A stretch of DNA of 64,000 nucleotides from Heptranchias perlo. Its lineage: Eukaryota. Within the stretch, counting starts at the first letter, position 1. Every line of letters starts with the position of its first letter. The stretch is taken from NCBI RefSeq assembly GCF_035084215.1, contig NC_090335.1, positions 61,442,001 to 61,506,000 of the forward strand, written 5' to 3'. Positions 22,306 to 35,649 of the stretch are shown one piece after another. The position numbers and the translations under genes were made by a program. Below the pieces are notes generated by a model. It had not been told where the DNA came from. It made no database searches and saw only the letters and a program-made list of their open reading frames with translations.

Positions 22306-25300
22306 TCTGAAAGTGTACCAAGTATATTTAAATGATTTGCAATCATTTTGATAAAATAAATCTTAGTCCTGATATTTCCTCATGTTGACAGCTCTATATA
22401 TTGTTAAATAATTATTCCTGCTCCTTAAAGTAAGGTACCAAATTTTAATATATGCAGCAATGGCCAGTCATGCCAATGACTCGGAGATTTTCTTGAGAAA
22501 AACAATGTTATTGGAATCCCACTGAAATGAATACAGTTACCTCACTTTGCAGAGACAAGTAGGTAGAAATTACAATTTTGGACTAAAAACAGCGATTGTC
22601 ACAAAAAAAAGATTTGATAGGTCAGTAGATGGAGTAAATTCATTATTTCAAAGAAAACATTGGTGTTTCGGGATCTTTGAGAGACATAACAAGGTATTAC
22701 ATAAATACAAATTAAGTGCAAGTTTCTCCCTTTAGATATAGATTAAGATTTTGACCACAACAACTGTCTTATCTTAAGCGGTATAATGTCTGAACGTTTA
22801 CATTTCTGAATTCTCTGCAGGTCTTGTCTAATTTCTGAGACCGTAGTCACTGCTTTCGAATAACAGAAAGCACTGAAGGCCACGGGTGTTATCTCCACAG
22901 GTGTTATCTCCAGGAGCAACATGATAGCCAAAAGCATGCCGCTCGTATTTGCTGCCACAAACATTTGAAGCACATGAGTCAGTTTAGTGATTACCTCTAA
23001 GGACACTAGACCCCATTTTAAAGCAAATGTTTAGAGACTTCAGGTGCCCCTAGTGCCGCATTAGTAACGCGAACTATAGCCCGCGGTCATAACACAAGCA
23101 CGAATAGTTAAATGTAAAGATGGTATATTATTAAACTAATCCACATTTACGAGGGTCGTGCATTACACAATGATCAATCGAGTGTAAAAATTGCACTCGC
23201 GTTCACACCAAATGATCTAACAGGACAGTGATTCCAGTCCAAAACTTTCTGACACATGACCGCCCTACCAACGTAGCCAAAGGTCACACTATTGAGCCTC
23301 CAGTATATATCAATTGAAGTTCAGTCAAATACACAATACAAATTCAAAATAGTCCCAAGGTAAGAAGTATAGAGATCTAATAAGTATATATTACATGGTA
23401 TGGATTAGGTAGAGCGATGACATACTTTACTGCGAGATCATGAGCTTTGTAGTCAATCTGTACTGTCATGTTTCTATCCCAGTTCATTGTCCTCAAGCAC
23501 ACCCCCTCACACACACACAAAGTATTAATTGAATGCATTTATTTGTCTGACACAAGCAAAAGAACCTAATAAATGCAGTAACTGTACCCTCCTATCGTAC
23601 CTCTTGTACAGTCTCCCAAACATTTCACACCCACTTTTTGTACTTTGTTTTTGGTTTCCAAATCAAAGGTTTCAAACTAAAATCAAAACGCCACTGTGTA
23701 CGGCGCCGCCCAGTTCCTCACTCAGATGGTGAATTTTACTTAAGAACAAGACGCTATTCTACACCGCCACAGTCCCATCCCAGTGGCACTACATTTTAGA
23801 CAGGCTGTTTCAATGGTTGCAACGAGTGTTTCATTTATCTAAATGTTCTATGGTAAACGAATGACTCAGGTTAAAATGCTGGGTATTCGATGACTGCATG
23901 TTCCCGTGTCCTATGTGCCTTTGTCGGGCTGTCTCCATATAATTAGGAAAAACATTGAACATTTCACAAGGGGCACAGAACCGTTTCATGACATATTGTG
24001 TTATTACCCTAATAAGTCAGGTTACAAGAAAACTATACATTTTGTGTGACACAGATTAATAATATTCATTTAGATCATATATTAAACTACATTGTGTTAT
24101 ATATTTATAAAACTAACTTGTGCAACACTGTTAACTAACAATGAAATTGAATGCCCAAAAATACATATTCGTTAAAATTCAGACTTTATTGGTAACTTGT
24201 ATCCAAGACACGGTTACAAAAAAAATTAACTAGTACCATTTGCAATTTCCATTATCCAAAATCTTAAAAGTATATATTGTTTAAAGGGAATATAAAGGTA
24301 CAGTTACGTATTTGTTTTAAAACTCATGCAAATATCGAGGCCGATTATTGCGGGATGGCCCTGACCTCCTCTTTGTGCGTTCGCATCCAATTTCACTCCG
24401 ACTTTCTGCAAGTTCTGGCGCAAAATTCTCCATTAAAATAAAGTGAAGAATTCGCAGTTCGACAGTAGCGATCCTGGGAATAAATGTGCAAAATTTATTT
24501 CCCCGTCAGTTTCTCTTTCCAACCGTGGACAAAGAAAGAAGACAATAATAACTGCGCCCATTCAAATTAGCTGGTTAGAATTAACTGGAGTAGGGGGTCG
24601 GGGGGTCGGTTTGGTATGGGCGCAGACGTGCACATTGCCCTATCTAATTGTTACTTTTTTCTTGATAATTGTATTTCTCACCAGCAGTGCAGACGGGATG
24701 CAATCGAATTTGGCCTGTGGAAAAGTAAAAATGTCGACAACGGCTTATGCTGTTCAGTATTTTAGTAAATCACCACTCCGCCGGATTTCTTGTCGGACTC
24801 ACCGGATTCGCTAAGTGTGGAAAGAATTGCAAAAAAAGTCTTCAAACTGAATTTAAAACATATTTTCTTCGTATTTATCCTTCTTGGTTTTTCCATATAC
24901 TTAGATTGCAATATAGCCACCTACTTAGATATAGATTTTATTGTGTAGTATATTAAATAACTCCACTAATTTGAGAGACAAAGCTCACCCCAGTTCAGGT
25001 TTAGCAGTTAAGGTACAGAAAACAACTTTCAACTTCTTCGGTGCTGCAATTGGAGTTTTAAAAAGTATAAAGGTGAGAAAGTCGTGTGTTTTATTTTAAA
25101 ATGCACGTGTTTCTCGCGCAATGTGCAGTTCTCTGCACAATATTTTCCAAAAAAAAATGGGACGTGTTAGACCCCGCTATCGGCCCTGAGCCCCAGACTT
25201 GTGGCTGTTGCAAATGATGGATTTAGTCGAACGCTTTGGGTCTCACTCTTCCTTCATTGAAATGCATTTTACAAAAATAGAGAGGTGGAAACTCTGATAA

Positions 25301-25599
25301 AACTGAACCTCGGGATTTCTTTTGCGAGTTTCCTTGCCCTGTCCGGAAATTGCAAGAGAGTCCTCGTTTATATAACGTTGATAGAAGTGCAAAATAGCAC
25401 ATTACAACACAACATATATCATCCACAAAAATAAGCATATAGTCAAAGGGTTGAACCGATCGTGGAATCTCTGTAATTTCCCCGCTATTCCCTCACCACC
25501 CCTCTCCTGGATGATACTTTCAAAGAAAATGCGAGATGGGGTTTATCAGGGCAAGCAGACTCTGTCCCACAAACGGTCATTCGGTGTGTACTGAATGAC

Positions 25600-27060
25600 A
25601 TTTATGTTAATACCTTTTTGTTGTTCAGGTTTTCACAATTATTCCGTGGTGTGTACAGTAAAAAAAAGAATAATTTTTTTCTCAAACATAGAAATTAAAA
25701 CAAGCACAATATCTATTTGTGTTTTTTTTATTAATTTTAAAATCTCGACAGTTACTCGAACACTCAGTTTTTTTCTCCTCCGAACGAAATAAGTAATAAA
25801 TATTATTTAGCACATTTTTTTTACAAAAATAAACAGATGAAAAGCAATTTTTGCTTTATTTCTTTTTCTTCGTTTTCTCTCGCGAATGGGTAACAAAAAA
25901 AAACTGTTATGGGAAGAACGTTACAGGTGGCTCTTAGAAATCAATTTGTTTAAGAAGGCAGGGTTGTAAAGCGCAAGACAGTAGTTGCAGTGAGCTAAAA
26001 GCAGGTTAAACAGCTGACGAGATCCAGGATTTTGCAGTGAAAACGATATATAAGAGACTCACAGAAAACGTTTAGGCAAAGTCAGCCCGAGAACAAACGA
26101 AACACAAGCAGATAAATTCACAAAACTGTTCTGGGGGGAAAAAAAAGTCATTCATAACGGTGCAACAAACATCGCTTACCCTTATTTCATAAAGTTTAAC
26201 GGCTATTTTACAAGAATGGTGTACACACTTGTCTTTGTAAGTTCGGGGCTGGAGTAAATATTCTAGATGCACTCATTTCTAACCGAACGCGTGCATCAAA
26301 GTTTCCAACAAACTACACAGGAAAGCAAGTCCCGAGGTCTTTGCAAATAGTCCTTTCCACAACTTCGGGGCAGTCGAGTTCTTTCGTGTAGATCCCGGAG
26401 TAAGAAACTCGACGTGGCTGTTCTCCCTTGTGGTCTTTTCGCCTCTTTATCCGTTGTTTGTGGTCGTTTCATAGAAGCCTATGGAGAGCAATGTCCTTCG
26501 TACACATGATTTTAGAAATTTCATTTAATGTAACACTATCATCGGATAGAGCAATGTTGCATAAAATATTTCCCGAGGTTACCTACAGTTGAAAACCATA
26601 GTTACGTTTGCTGGCGGGTCACTTTACAGTCAAATTCACCTTAAACAAAGCTGCAGTATCCCTTACCCCCGTGTCTCTTTCGACCTTTTGTTGTAATGTG
26701 GAAACAATACATCTAATTTTCTCCAGAGAGGAAAAAAAGTATATTTGAATTGTGATGTATTTCTAAATTCTATTTACACACCATCTGCTTCTTTATCTGT
26801 TCGCGAGATAAATAGATGATTAAATAAATGAGGTGAAGGGCTGGTTTGGAGAGGGGTTACTGCAACTTCCACACAGATACATTAAAAATACATTTATCAC
26901 AAAGATAACGATTTAACCGCTGTAAGATTTACCTCTGTGCAAGGATAGAAATAACAAGATACAACCTGATGTTACAACTTGTCTTGTGAGTCAGATACTC
27001 TCACCTCGACTCAATTGCTAAAGGCGTTTGAAAGAGTCTTTGGGCTCCTGGTATAGTTTA
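25600..27060 (-). other. Probable OLIG2 3' UTR with polyadenylation signals
   Basis: Repeat-free AU-rich sequence downstream of the stop codon, with minus-strand AATAAA at 25860-25855 and 25732-25727. The actual cleavage site cannot be determined. Confidence 0.5.
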
Positions 27061-27843
27061 TTACTTGCTGTCAGAGGATAACCGCGACATGCCGGCTGTG
27101 GTCATGCTGGCGACATGGTGAGGTGGCGGCACCTGGCACATGGTACAGGGGCACGGCATCCCTCCCCACTGCTGAAAACTGCTGCCCAGTGCTCCGGAGG
27201 CTGCGGACGCGGATTTGAGGAGACCGTGAGGGGGTCTGATACTGTTCACGGCCGAGATGCTGCCGCCGGAGAGAGAGGCTGAAGTGACGGACGGGGCCAT
27301 GATGGGATGGTGAACCGGATGAGGTACGTGAGAAGCCGGGTGCCCTGGCAGAGGCGCCCCGGCGTGGGCAATGGTCCCGCAAGCCGCCGATGGATGGAAA
27401 CTGCTGTGGTGGCCACCATAGATCTCACTCACCAGCCTCTTCATCTCCTCCAAGGAGTTAGTGAGCATCAGGATGTAGTTTCTGGCTAGGAGCAAGGTGG
27501 CGATTTTGGACAACTTTCTCACAGAAGGTCCATGTGCGTAAGGCATGACTTCCCGGAGCCCATCCATGGCGATGTTGAGGTCGTGCATTCTTTTGCGCTC
27601 CCGGCCGTTGATCTTCAGCCTCAGCTGCTGGAGCTCCGGCTCGCTCATTTGCTTCTTGTCTTTTAGCCTGATGTTGCTCTTGGACAGCTGTCCCCCTCGC
27701 TCGTCGCAGATCTCCGCGCTGCAGTCGTTCTGGGTGGATGACACGTTGCCCGAAAAGCCCGAGGTTGGCTCGTCAGATAGAAAAATATCGTCTGTCTCCG
27801 GAGAGGACGGTTGGCTTGATATTAAACTGGCATCGGAATCCAT
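27061..27843 (-). CDS. OLIG2: Oligodendrocyte transcription factor 2 (bHLH), 260 aa, uninterrupted CDS
   Basis: The N-terminus [16 protein letters not shown], the b[59 protein letters not shown] and the C-terminus [14 protein letters not shown]...RLSSDSK all match vertebrate OLIG2. The ATG is at 27843; the ORF track start at 27879 is a non-ATG codon. Confidence 0.96.
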   Translation of the reverse strand: MDSDASLISSQPSSPETDDIFLSDEPTSGFSGNVSSTQNDCSAEICDERGGQLSKSNIRLKDKKQMSEPELQQLRLKINGRERKRMHDLNIAMDGLREVMPYAHGPSVRKLSKIATLLLARNYILMLTNSLEEMKRLVSEIYGGHHSSFHPSAACGTIAHAGAPLPGHPASHVPHPVHHPIMAPSVTSASLSGGSISAVNSIRPPHGLLKSASAASGALGSSFQQWGGMPCPCTMCQVPPPHHVASMTTAGMSRLSSDSK

Positions 27844-27989
27844 TCGGCAGGCTTGAGGAGGGGTGGGAGAGAAGTTCAAACTTGCTATGGGCGCCCCAGT
27901 TGCTCATACATAAGAGTGTGTGTGTTGTTCTGCCTATCTCCCAGGTAAGATAAAATGTTATCACGGTTTGCGTAGTCGCCTTGGGCTGC

Positions 27990-28150
27990 TTCTGCGTTTT
28001 ATAGGCGGATCGGAGATGATTCGGGGAATATCTTCTATTGTTTCTGGCACTGGGATGTCCAATCGTGACAAAGTAACGAAGTACTAAATGGGAGACTCCT
28101 CCAATGCCGGGAGATGTGGGAGGCGCCGTTTTCCATTTACAACTAAAACA
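27990..28150 (-). promoter_or_regulatory. Candidate OLIG2 proximal promoter
   Basis: TATAAAA on the minus strand at 28003-27997, about 155 bp upstream of the ATG. CCAAT boxes lie near 28060 and 28101, in CpG-rich context. Confidence 0.6.
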
Positions 28151-30394
28151 GAAGAAAGGGGCGGCGGGGGTGGGGGGCTCAGAGTAAAATACAATAGCCG
28201 GAGTCAGCGGCTGGGACATCTGCTAAAATAAGAGCTCGAACAAAGTGCACTCCTTCCAAAAAAAAACAATAACACTTCAAACCAGCATGGCCTCCGTACT
28301 CAGCACCACTACATCCGCACACCAAGTTTCAAGGGGAATACTTTTTTTCTCTCGCTCTCTCTAACTGATCTTCATTCCGCGAACAAACAGACCAAACAGG
28401 CTGGAAGCCAGCATCAAAACTAAATAACGGGACCGGGACTAAAATGATAGAAACAAATTCATTCATATTAAAACCTCAGTCAGATGCTCAGTGGTCTATA
28501 AATCACAAACTGCAAACCAATACTTGGATCAATATTTTAAAGCATTGCACCACTTTCATCCATTCCTTTCTTCATCTTCCTCTTATACATAAACATCTCT
28601 CAGGTTCTTATATTTGTATAATCAGTCTTGTGTAAATCTATACAATATTCTGACTGGAAAAGGACAAAAAAAATCTTTATTTTTAATGATAAACTGCAGC
28701 ATACAAATAAAATGCACACTCTTGTCAATCGTTCTAACCAAGAGTGAGTGCAACACTTGAAATATGAACACATTTCCGTCTGTAATCCCCGATACATTTA
28801 CATTCTCAGGAATGGAAGATGGGACCGTACGGCGAGCAGTTCGGGGGTTCGTTCTGTCACGGGGGAAGGGGGTTGGGTGGTGTCGGTCGCATCCGTTTTA
28901 GTGAAACCAGTTGCAGGCGTTCGTTGCAAAATTTAAAACTTGATTTCAAGAGTTTCAGTTATATATTTGTCAGTCAGTTACTGAATCGTAAAAAGGAAAT
29001 ACGATTTTTTTTTAAAAAGTACTTTTAAAACATTTTTTAGCGCTGTTAAATATTAATTGACCCGTTGGATTCTGCCTTTACTGATTCATTGGTCATGACA
29101 ACCATGCGATGGATTAAACTGTCAGTTTAAAGAAATATCAAATATATGCTCGACTTTGAATGGCAGGTTACAACATTTGAAAGTCGAATCCGCACTAAAC
29201 AATCCGGCGTACTTTTCTGCTGGGACACGCTCTCCTCTCCGCTCAGTCCCTCTCTGTTTAACAGCTGACTCCACAAGCATTAATGAACCGTTGAAGAGTT
29301 GTTGAAAGAGGTTCCAAATTAAAGCGTTGTAATTGTCCTTTAACGGTTATGATCCATGACGGTTCGATTAGTCAAGCTGTTAGATTTAATCCTGTAAAAA
29401 AAAGAGGGGGTGGGGGGAGGCATCTAGCCCCTCGGACAAAGCTGCATTAAAAAAATCGACAATGAGGAATGTAGAGAACACTTGGTTTGTATAATAGCAA
29501 CATATGTGTAGCGATGCAGCAGTGCACAGATTTTGTAATTGTGTCATTTTTTTTCTGCTTGTGATTGAAGTTTGCGTGTCTGGAGCTTGCACTCCCAACA
29601 CCTGGCGGCTCGAAACACATTGAAAGATCGTCCTCCTTCACGCCATCTAGTGCCCATGTAAAATAATGATCAAAAAAGAACACATTTACACAGTCACCCC
29701 TTACAGCCGTCCGTTCACCCATTTTCTATTGTCTCTAATCCTTGCTACAGTTCTGTACTCTGTTTACTCTGATCCTCTTTTTGGCAGATTTCGTGAAAAT
29801 TCCTTCGCTTATCTTTTACTCTGCACTTTCACTAAATCGTTCACTTTACTTCCATTTGGGAGGCTGCTGGTTGGTATTCAACAACTTCCCATCTTTTTGA
29901 TCGATCTTTTTCTAGTCGTCTTCCCCAGATTTCCCCCAATTTATGGAGTATGAGAGGAAGCCTTGTACCCATTGGTGTACGTCGAGAAATAGCGAACTTT
30001 CTTGAGTGAGACTGGTAACATAAAAAAAAAGCTCCAGTTTGGAAAACTTTCGAATATGATTGTTTTATTTTATGATAAAACCCGCACCGCCGAGACCCTT
30101 TTCTGTAGTTGCAGGGATATGAGGACACCGAGTGATTGTGGTACAGTGCCCGTATACTATAAAGCACCTTTAGAGTGTAGAAAGTTTATCACTGGGCATT
30201 TCGTGCACTTTCTGGTTGAGCTGGACAAACTCCGCCGAGATTGATCACACTTGGAGAAAGTGCATTAAAGTAAGGCCACCTCAGGTTGCAAAAGAAATAG
30301 AGACAATTTTTCGTTAGCGATGATTATGAAAGTCCGTAGTTTGCATGGGTTCCAAATGTTGCACATGAATTCCGTGGACCTGCGGTGTGAGTTG

Positions 30395-30530
30395 CTTACC
30401 CGGGGCGCCTCTATAACGGGCTCTGATGGCGAGACCAGAACACGCTCGTCCTGCTGTTGAGATGACGTCACAAATGATGACATCATAAGCCCTTCGGTGT
30501 TCCACTACGCTCATGATGTCACAATGGTCA
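30395..30530 (-). promoter_or_regulatory. CRE/ATF motif cluster followed by a splice donor; possible upstream OLIG2 promoter/exon
   Basis: TGACGTCA 30463-30470, TGACATCA 30478-30485, TGATGTCA 30514-30521, SOX-like ACAATG 30521-30526, and a minus-strand CGG|GTAAGC donor at 30400/30399. Confidence 0.4.
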
Positions 30531-31089
30531 GGCAGCTAATGCTACTCTATAATAATCATTACATTTTCATTTGGATTCTTGTCAAAACTCAGATTATTTT
30601 TTCCAAAATTGACTCCTGCTCAAATTGATTTGGCATTTCACTTATCACACGCGTGGTTTTATGTTGTCCCAGCAATTCGAATACTTAGAAATGTTGACAA
30701 AATAAACCGAATAGTGAGTGTATCTGTCATGAATGAATGTTTATTCCACATACATGCAAATTATTTAAACTAATACTTTAAATATGTAAGCTTTGATACC
30801 ACAAAAAATAAAGTACAATATAGCATCCAAATCAAACTTTCAACACTTGTTTTCAAGTCTAATAAATACCAAGAAGTGTCATAGAAAGGCGTGATTGCAA
30901 TAATTGACTTGGTTGAATCTTCCAACGTATGGGCTCCGAACAAAGCATAATGATTATCATATCGATATATATATATTTCTTCACATTTTTATACACTTCA
31001 CTTTAGAGCACAGAGTTCGCTAGATCGTAATGTAATAGGATTTTAATGTAATCCGATGTAATAGGATTTCAATTAAGATCTGAGAGACT

Positions 31090-31505
31090 CATATAGCACC
31101 TTATCACAGTTGTGAAATATCTCAAAGCACTTCACATAAAATAAATTACTTTTAAGTAAAGTGACTGTTGTAATGCAGCAAATATGGAAAGATCCCACAC
31201 ACAGCAATGTGATAGATAAATAAATGGTTGATCTGTTTTTGCTGGTATTGGTTGAAAGAAGGACGCTGGGAGAATTCGCTGCTCTTCTTCAAGGAATAGT
31301 GAGATCATCAAATAGTGCTGTGGGATTTTTAAAATGCACCTGAGCCTTATCTTAACATCTCATCCAAAAGACAGCATCACTGATAAATGCAGCATCCCCT
31401 CAGTACTGCACTCAAGTGTCAATCTAGATTATGTGCTCAAGTCCTGCAGTGGGGCTTGAACCCAACGGACTCAGAAGTGACAATGATACAATTTGACCCA
31501 AGTTG
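31090..31505 (-). mobile_element. DeuSINE-like SINE
   Basis: Core CCCTCAGTACTGCACT, B-box GGGTTCAAGCCC on the minus strand, and an L2-like tail. Confidence 0.8.
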
Positions 31506-32991
31506 ATATTTGATATAATCAGGCTGACACCATCAGTAAATGGCCACTTTATAGAACCTGTAATGCCTGAATTTTTATAGTCTGGTACATGATCTGATCT
31601 GACCTTCTGGAGACCATCTAGCCCAGTAACATTAGGCCTCAGCCTGGTCTGATACAATAACATCTACTATATATTAAAACCTTGAGTTTAGCATGCACCA
31701 TCACACATTTGCTGCAATATATTTGTATAACGCTTCCTGTAACACTTTTGTGTAGCATTTCTGTAATGCTTCTGTGTCACTGCTAATCATAGGCAAATAT
31801 ATTTTAATCCAGGCAAATTTAATCGGCAGATTTATTCTTTCATACCTGATTGGGTTACCCTGCTCACATGATTATCTCTCGGACCTGTCATTCATTTCCT
31901 CAAGGGTGCAGCAGACCACGGGCAAACAATTCAAAACAAACTGAATGCAATTGAACAGCTTTCAGCTAGGTGTAAATAAATGTAGGAAAATTTAAACTTT
32001 TAAGCAGTGACTTTTACAATTCGAATAATTTACCCTTTCTACTTCCTATGCTCAGGTATTTCCCTTACAGAATGCAAAGCAAATCTAAAATGCTATTTAT
32101 ATACCGGTTCCACGTTGTCACCAATTTGTTAATTGTCCTGTCAATCAAACAAACCCAGAGTTCTAATCTGCAACATGGCCTGTAAATGATACCATTATTC
32201 ACTTCAAGAATGCAAACCAATTATACTTTCTAGCTTTAAAGAGGCACATGCATACAGTCTATTTCACACTATTATATTCCTGTCCTTATAAAACAGTGCA
32301 TTTTCCGACTTACCGTTAACAGTTCCATGGGAGATTCATTAGTATTTAAATACTAGTGGGTCTCCCATGGTATTGCTCATGCACAATTTATTTTGTGAGA
32401 AAATTTATTTATAAGATTATTAACTAATGCCCTATAGTGTTGTTCACAGTGAGTTGGAGATTTCAGGAGGACAGGTTGTTATGATAAGTATTACCAGGGA
32501 CACTAGACTCTGGAAACATTGGGGTGACCTTGTGATCAGTAACAGTAGGGATGATCCTCTGGGGTGGGAGGATTGGGTGATCTCAGGATTTTGGAACACT
32601 TGATGGATGCTGTAGGGGTTTGTGAGCACAGAGAAGGGGGAGGGGTTCACAAGATCTGGGAGTAAAAGGGAGGTCCTGGAGAGAGGGACTCACAGCCAGG
32701 ACAGACTTTGGAAGGGGTCTGTGACTATTGAGGGGAACAGGGTCTGGCAGCATTGATGGTTGCAGGGACTGGCAATTTTGAAGGGCAGGGTCTGGCAACC
32801 GTGAGAGAGGGGGGAGTCAGGAGAATGGGCTAAACTGTCCCTTTTGGGTCATCAGGTAATTTGTCCCACCAATTTCCCCATTGTCGGCCAGTTTATGCCT
32901 TTAACTTCTACCTAAAGCATTTAGCGCATTATTAGTGTGTTTGCTGACTTATAAGGTCTTTAATAAACATAAATTTCCATAAATAAAAATA

Positions 32992-33868
32992 ATTTTTTTT
33001 ATTCATTCATGGGATGTGGGTGTCGCTGGCAAGGCCAGCATTTATTGCCCATCCCTAATTGCCCTTGAGAAGGTGGTGGTGAGCCGCCTTCTTGAACCGC
33101 TGCAGTCCGTGTGGTGAAGGTTCTCCCACAGTGCTGTTGGGAAGGGAGTTCCAGGATTTTGACCCAGCGACGATGAAGGAACGGCGATATATTTCCAAGT
33201 CGGGATGGTGTGTGACTTGGAGGGGAACGTGCAGGTGGTGTTGTTCCCATGTGCCTGCTGCTCTTGTCCTTCTAGGTGGTAGAGGTCGCGGGTTTGGGAG
33301 GTGCTGTCGAAGAAGCCTTGGCGAGTTGCTGCAGTGCATCCTGTGGATGGTACACACTGCAGCCACTGTGTGCCGATGGTGAAGGGAGTGAATGTTTAGG
33401 GTGGTGGATGGGGTGCCAATCAAGCGGGCTGCTTTGTTCTGGATGGTGTCGAGCTTCTTGAGTGTTGTTGGAGCTGCACTCAACCAGGCAAGTGGAGAGT
33501 ATTCCATCACACTCCTGACTTATGCCTTGTAGATGGTGGAAAGGCTTTGGGGAATCAGGAGGTGAGTCACTCACCACAGAATACCCAGCCTCTGACCTGC
33601 TTTTGTAGCCACAGTATTCAAATGGCTGGTCCAGTTAAGTTTCTGGTCAATGGTGACCCCCAGGAAGTTGATGGTGGGGGATTCGGCGATGGTAATGCCA
33701 TTGAATGTCATGGGGAGGTGGTTAGACTCTCTCTTGTTGGAGATAGTCATTGCCTGGCACTTGTCTGGCACGAATGTTATTTGCCACTTATGAGCCCAAG
33801 CCTGGATGTTGTCCAGGTCTTGCTGCATGTGTGCACGGACTGCTTCATTATCTGAGGGGTTGCGAATA
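32992..33868 (-). mobile_element. Non-LTR retrotransposon 3' fragment (same family as 7513-7984)
   Basis: RT C-terminal part QQDLDNIQAWAHKW...FLGVTIDQKLNWTSH...MEYSPLAW...; poly(A) end. Confidence 0.9.
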
Positions 33869-35649
33869 CTTCATAAATGTACAAAAATAAATTTTAACAA
33901 CATTTCTAAGTTTTTATACAAAAATAACTTCTAAATGCCCAAAATTGTTTTCAGAAAATATCTCTTGAACTGAATTTGGAACCAAGATGTAGAATGGAGA
34001 GGCTTGTTGTGAGTGACACGAACAACAGCCAATGAGGAGAAATCCAATAATTCAAATTCATCTTCCAGTTATGTTTAAATCACTTGGAAAAACAAACTAA
34101 TATACTCGTTAGCCTTTCCACTGAGATAAACAAATCCATTCTCAATGAACAATTTTTCTTTCTAAATGACAAAATAAACCACAAAGGCTGTTAATCATAG
34201 GTGTTCTCTAACTGCCTGTACATTACATATCTTGTTATTCCCAAATTGCTGCTGTTTCACTTTGAGACAATCAACAAAATCTGACAGCAAAAGTATGATA
34301 ACCAAAGCGTAATGATTAAAGTGTGCTGTCACAGGGAGTAAGTGTGGCAAATATGACATTGTGCTTAATGTAAGTCTTTTAATATATTATATATACTATA
34401 TATACTTTCAGCTATTCCATTGCTCTCCTGCCAACACACATACCTCTATTAATTTTATAATTAATGGAAAGAAAATGTTAAATTCTCCCTTCCATATTTA
34501 TTATTCATTTATTATTATGATAACTTATTTCTGAAAGGATTTGTTGGCGCTCAAGTAAAGCTAGTTGAAATTGTTCCATAATGTCACATTCATTCTGATT
34601 TAATTAGTTATTACTGTGATGTGGTTACCAGGGATCAATGGACAATGGTTACCACAAAGTAATGGCAGGTAAGAATTTTCAGTCGCATTAGCCCCAATTT
34701 TAACTGAGGGCGAGGGATTAGCGCGGGGCTTGGGGGTGTGGGGGTGGGCAGGCATCAGGCTCACTCTGGCTTGCCAATATGAGGGTTGGGCCATTTTAAA
34801 TAAGTTAGGCCCAACTTCCACCTGAACCCGGCATTAATGATGCAGAGCCAGTGGACTTTAAATTTTAAAGTTTAAAAAGTTTTAATATTTACTATAAGTT
34901 GTATGAAACCGAAATGGTATGAGACTACCTCCGCAAGGTGGCCTCAAGCCTGATGCTCAATGTGGAACAAAACGGATTCAACTGTAGTGATAGTGCTCAT
35001 CTTAAATCGCTGTTAAGTAGAAACCATTATGCTGTGATACAAGATGTAGAATATAAAAACATTATGGGTAAGTAGTGTGAGGCTGTGCTTCTCCATGAAC
35101 GCTTGCTTGATGTGAGTGCAGCATCACAAAATTTACTCTTAATATTCAGATTAACTCTCTATTAATTGTTTAAAATAACGTTAAATACGTTGAACAGAAT
35201 TTTGGATCTGTCCCTTCAGTTTTGTAATGAGAAAAATCCATTTAAACCTTTCCTTAAAAAGTCATCATTGGATTTTACCCAGATGTCTGACCTTTACTGC
35301 CTGCGAGCCACATCATCATATGTATCGTTATTGTCATTTTGTCAGGTACAATTATTTTTAATGTTTTGTTCCAGATATTTGATTTAAATTATTGGCAAAT
35401 TGGTCATTATTGAGCTGTAGTATAAAAATTGTTAATGGCGACTGGTGCTTCATTTCTGGGATCAGAGTTGAGCTCAGACTAAAGAGATTAAAGTCGCCTC
35501 TGTTGATTATAAAGGTCCAATGTGAAATGTGTTTGGCCATTTTCAATCCAGTTGCCAGCGGTCATAGGTCCACAGCACAAAACTGGCACCAATTAGCATT
35601 GACTTGGTAATTTCATTCAGAGAGGCCACAGGATAGCCAGAGTATTACT

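Noticed and set aside
22884-22912. Short direct repeat GGTGTTATCTCCA x2 (similarly ATGTAATAGGATTT x2 near 31030-31070)
   Set aside because: These are two-copy local slippage duplications without an array or spacer structure.
27844-27879. 12-aa N-terminal extension of OLIG2 in the ORF track
   Set aside because: It starts at a TTG; the conserved MDSDAS start is at 27843.
27071-28219. Overlapping and antisense ORFs around OLIG2
   Set aside because: These are shadow frames of a GC-rich CDS and promoter, with no recognisable domains.
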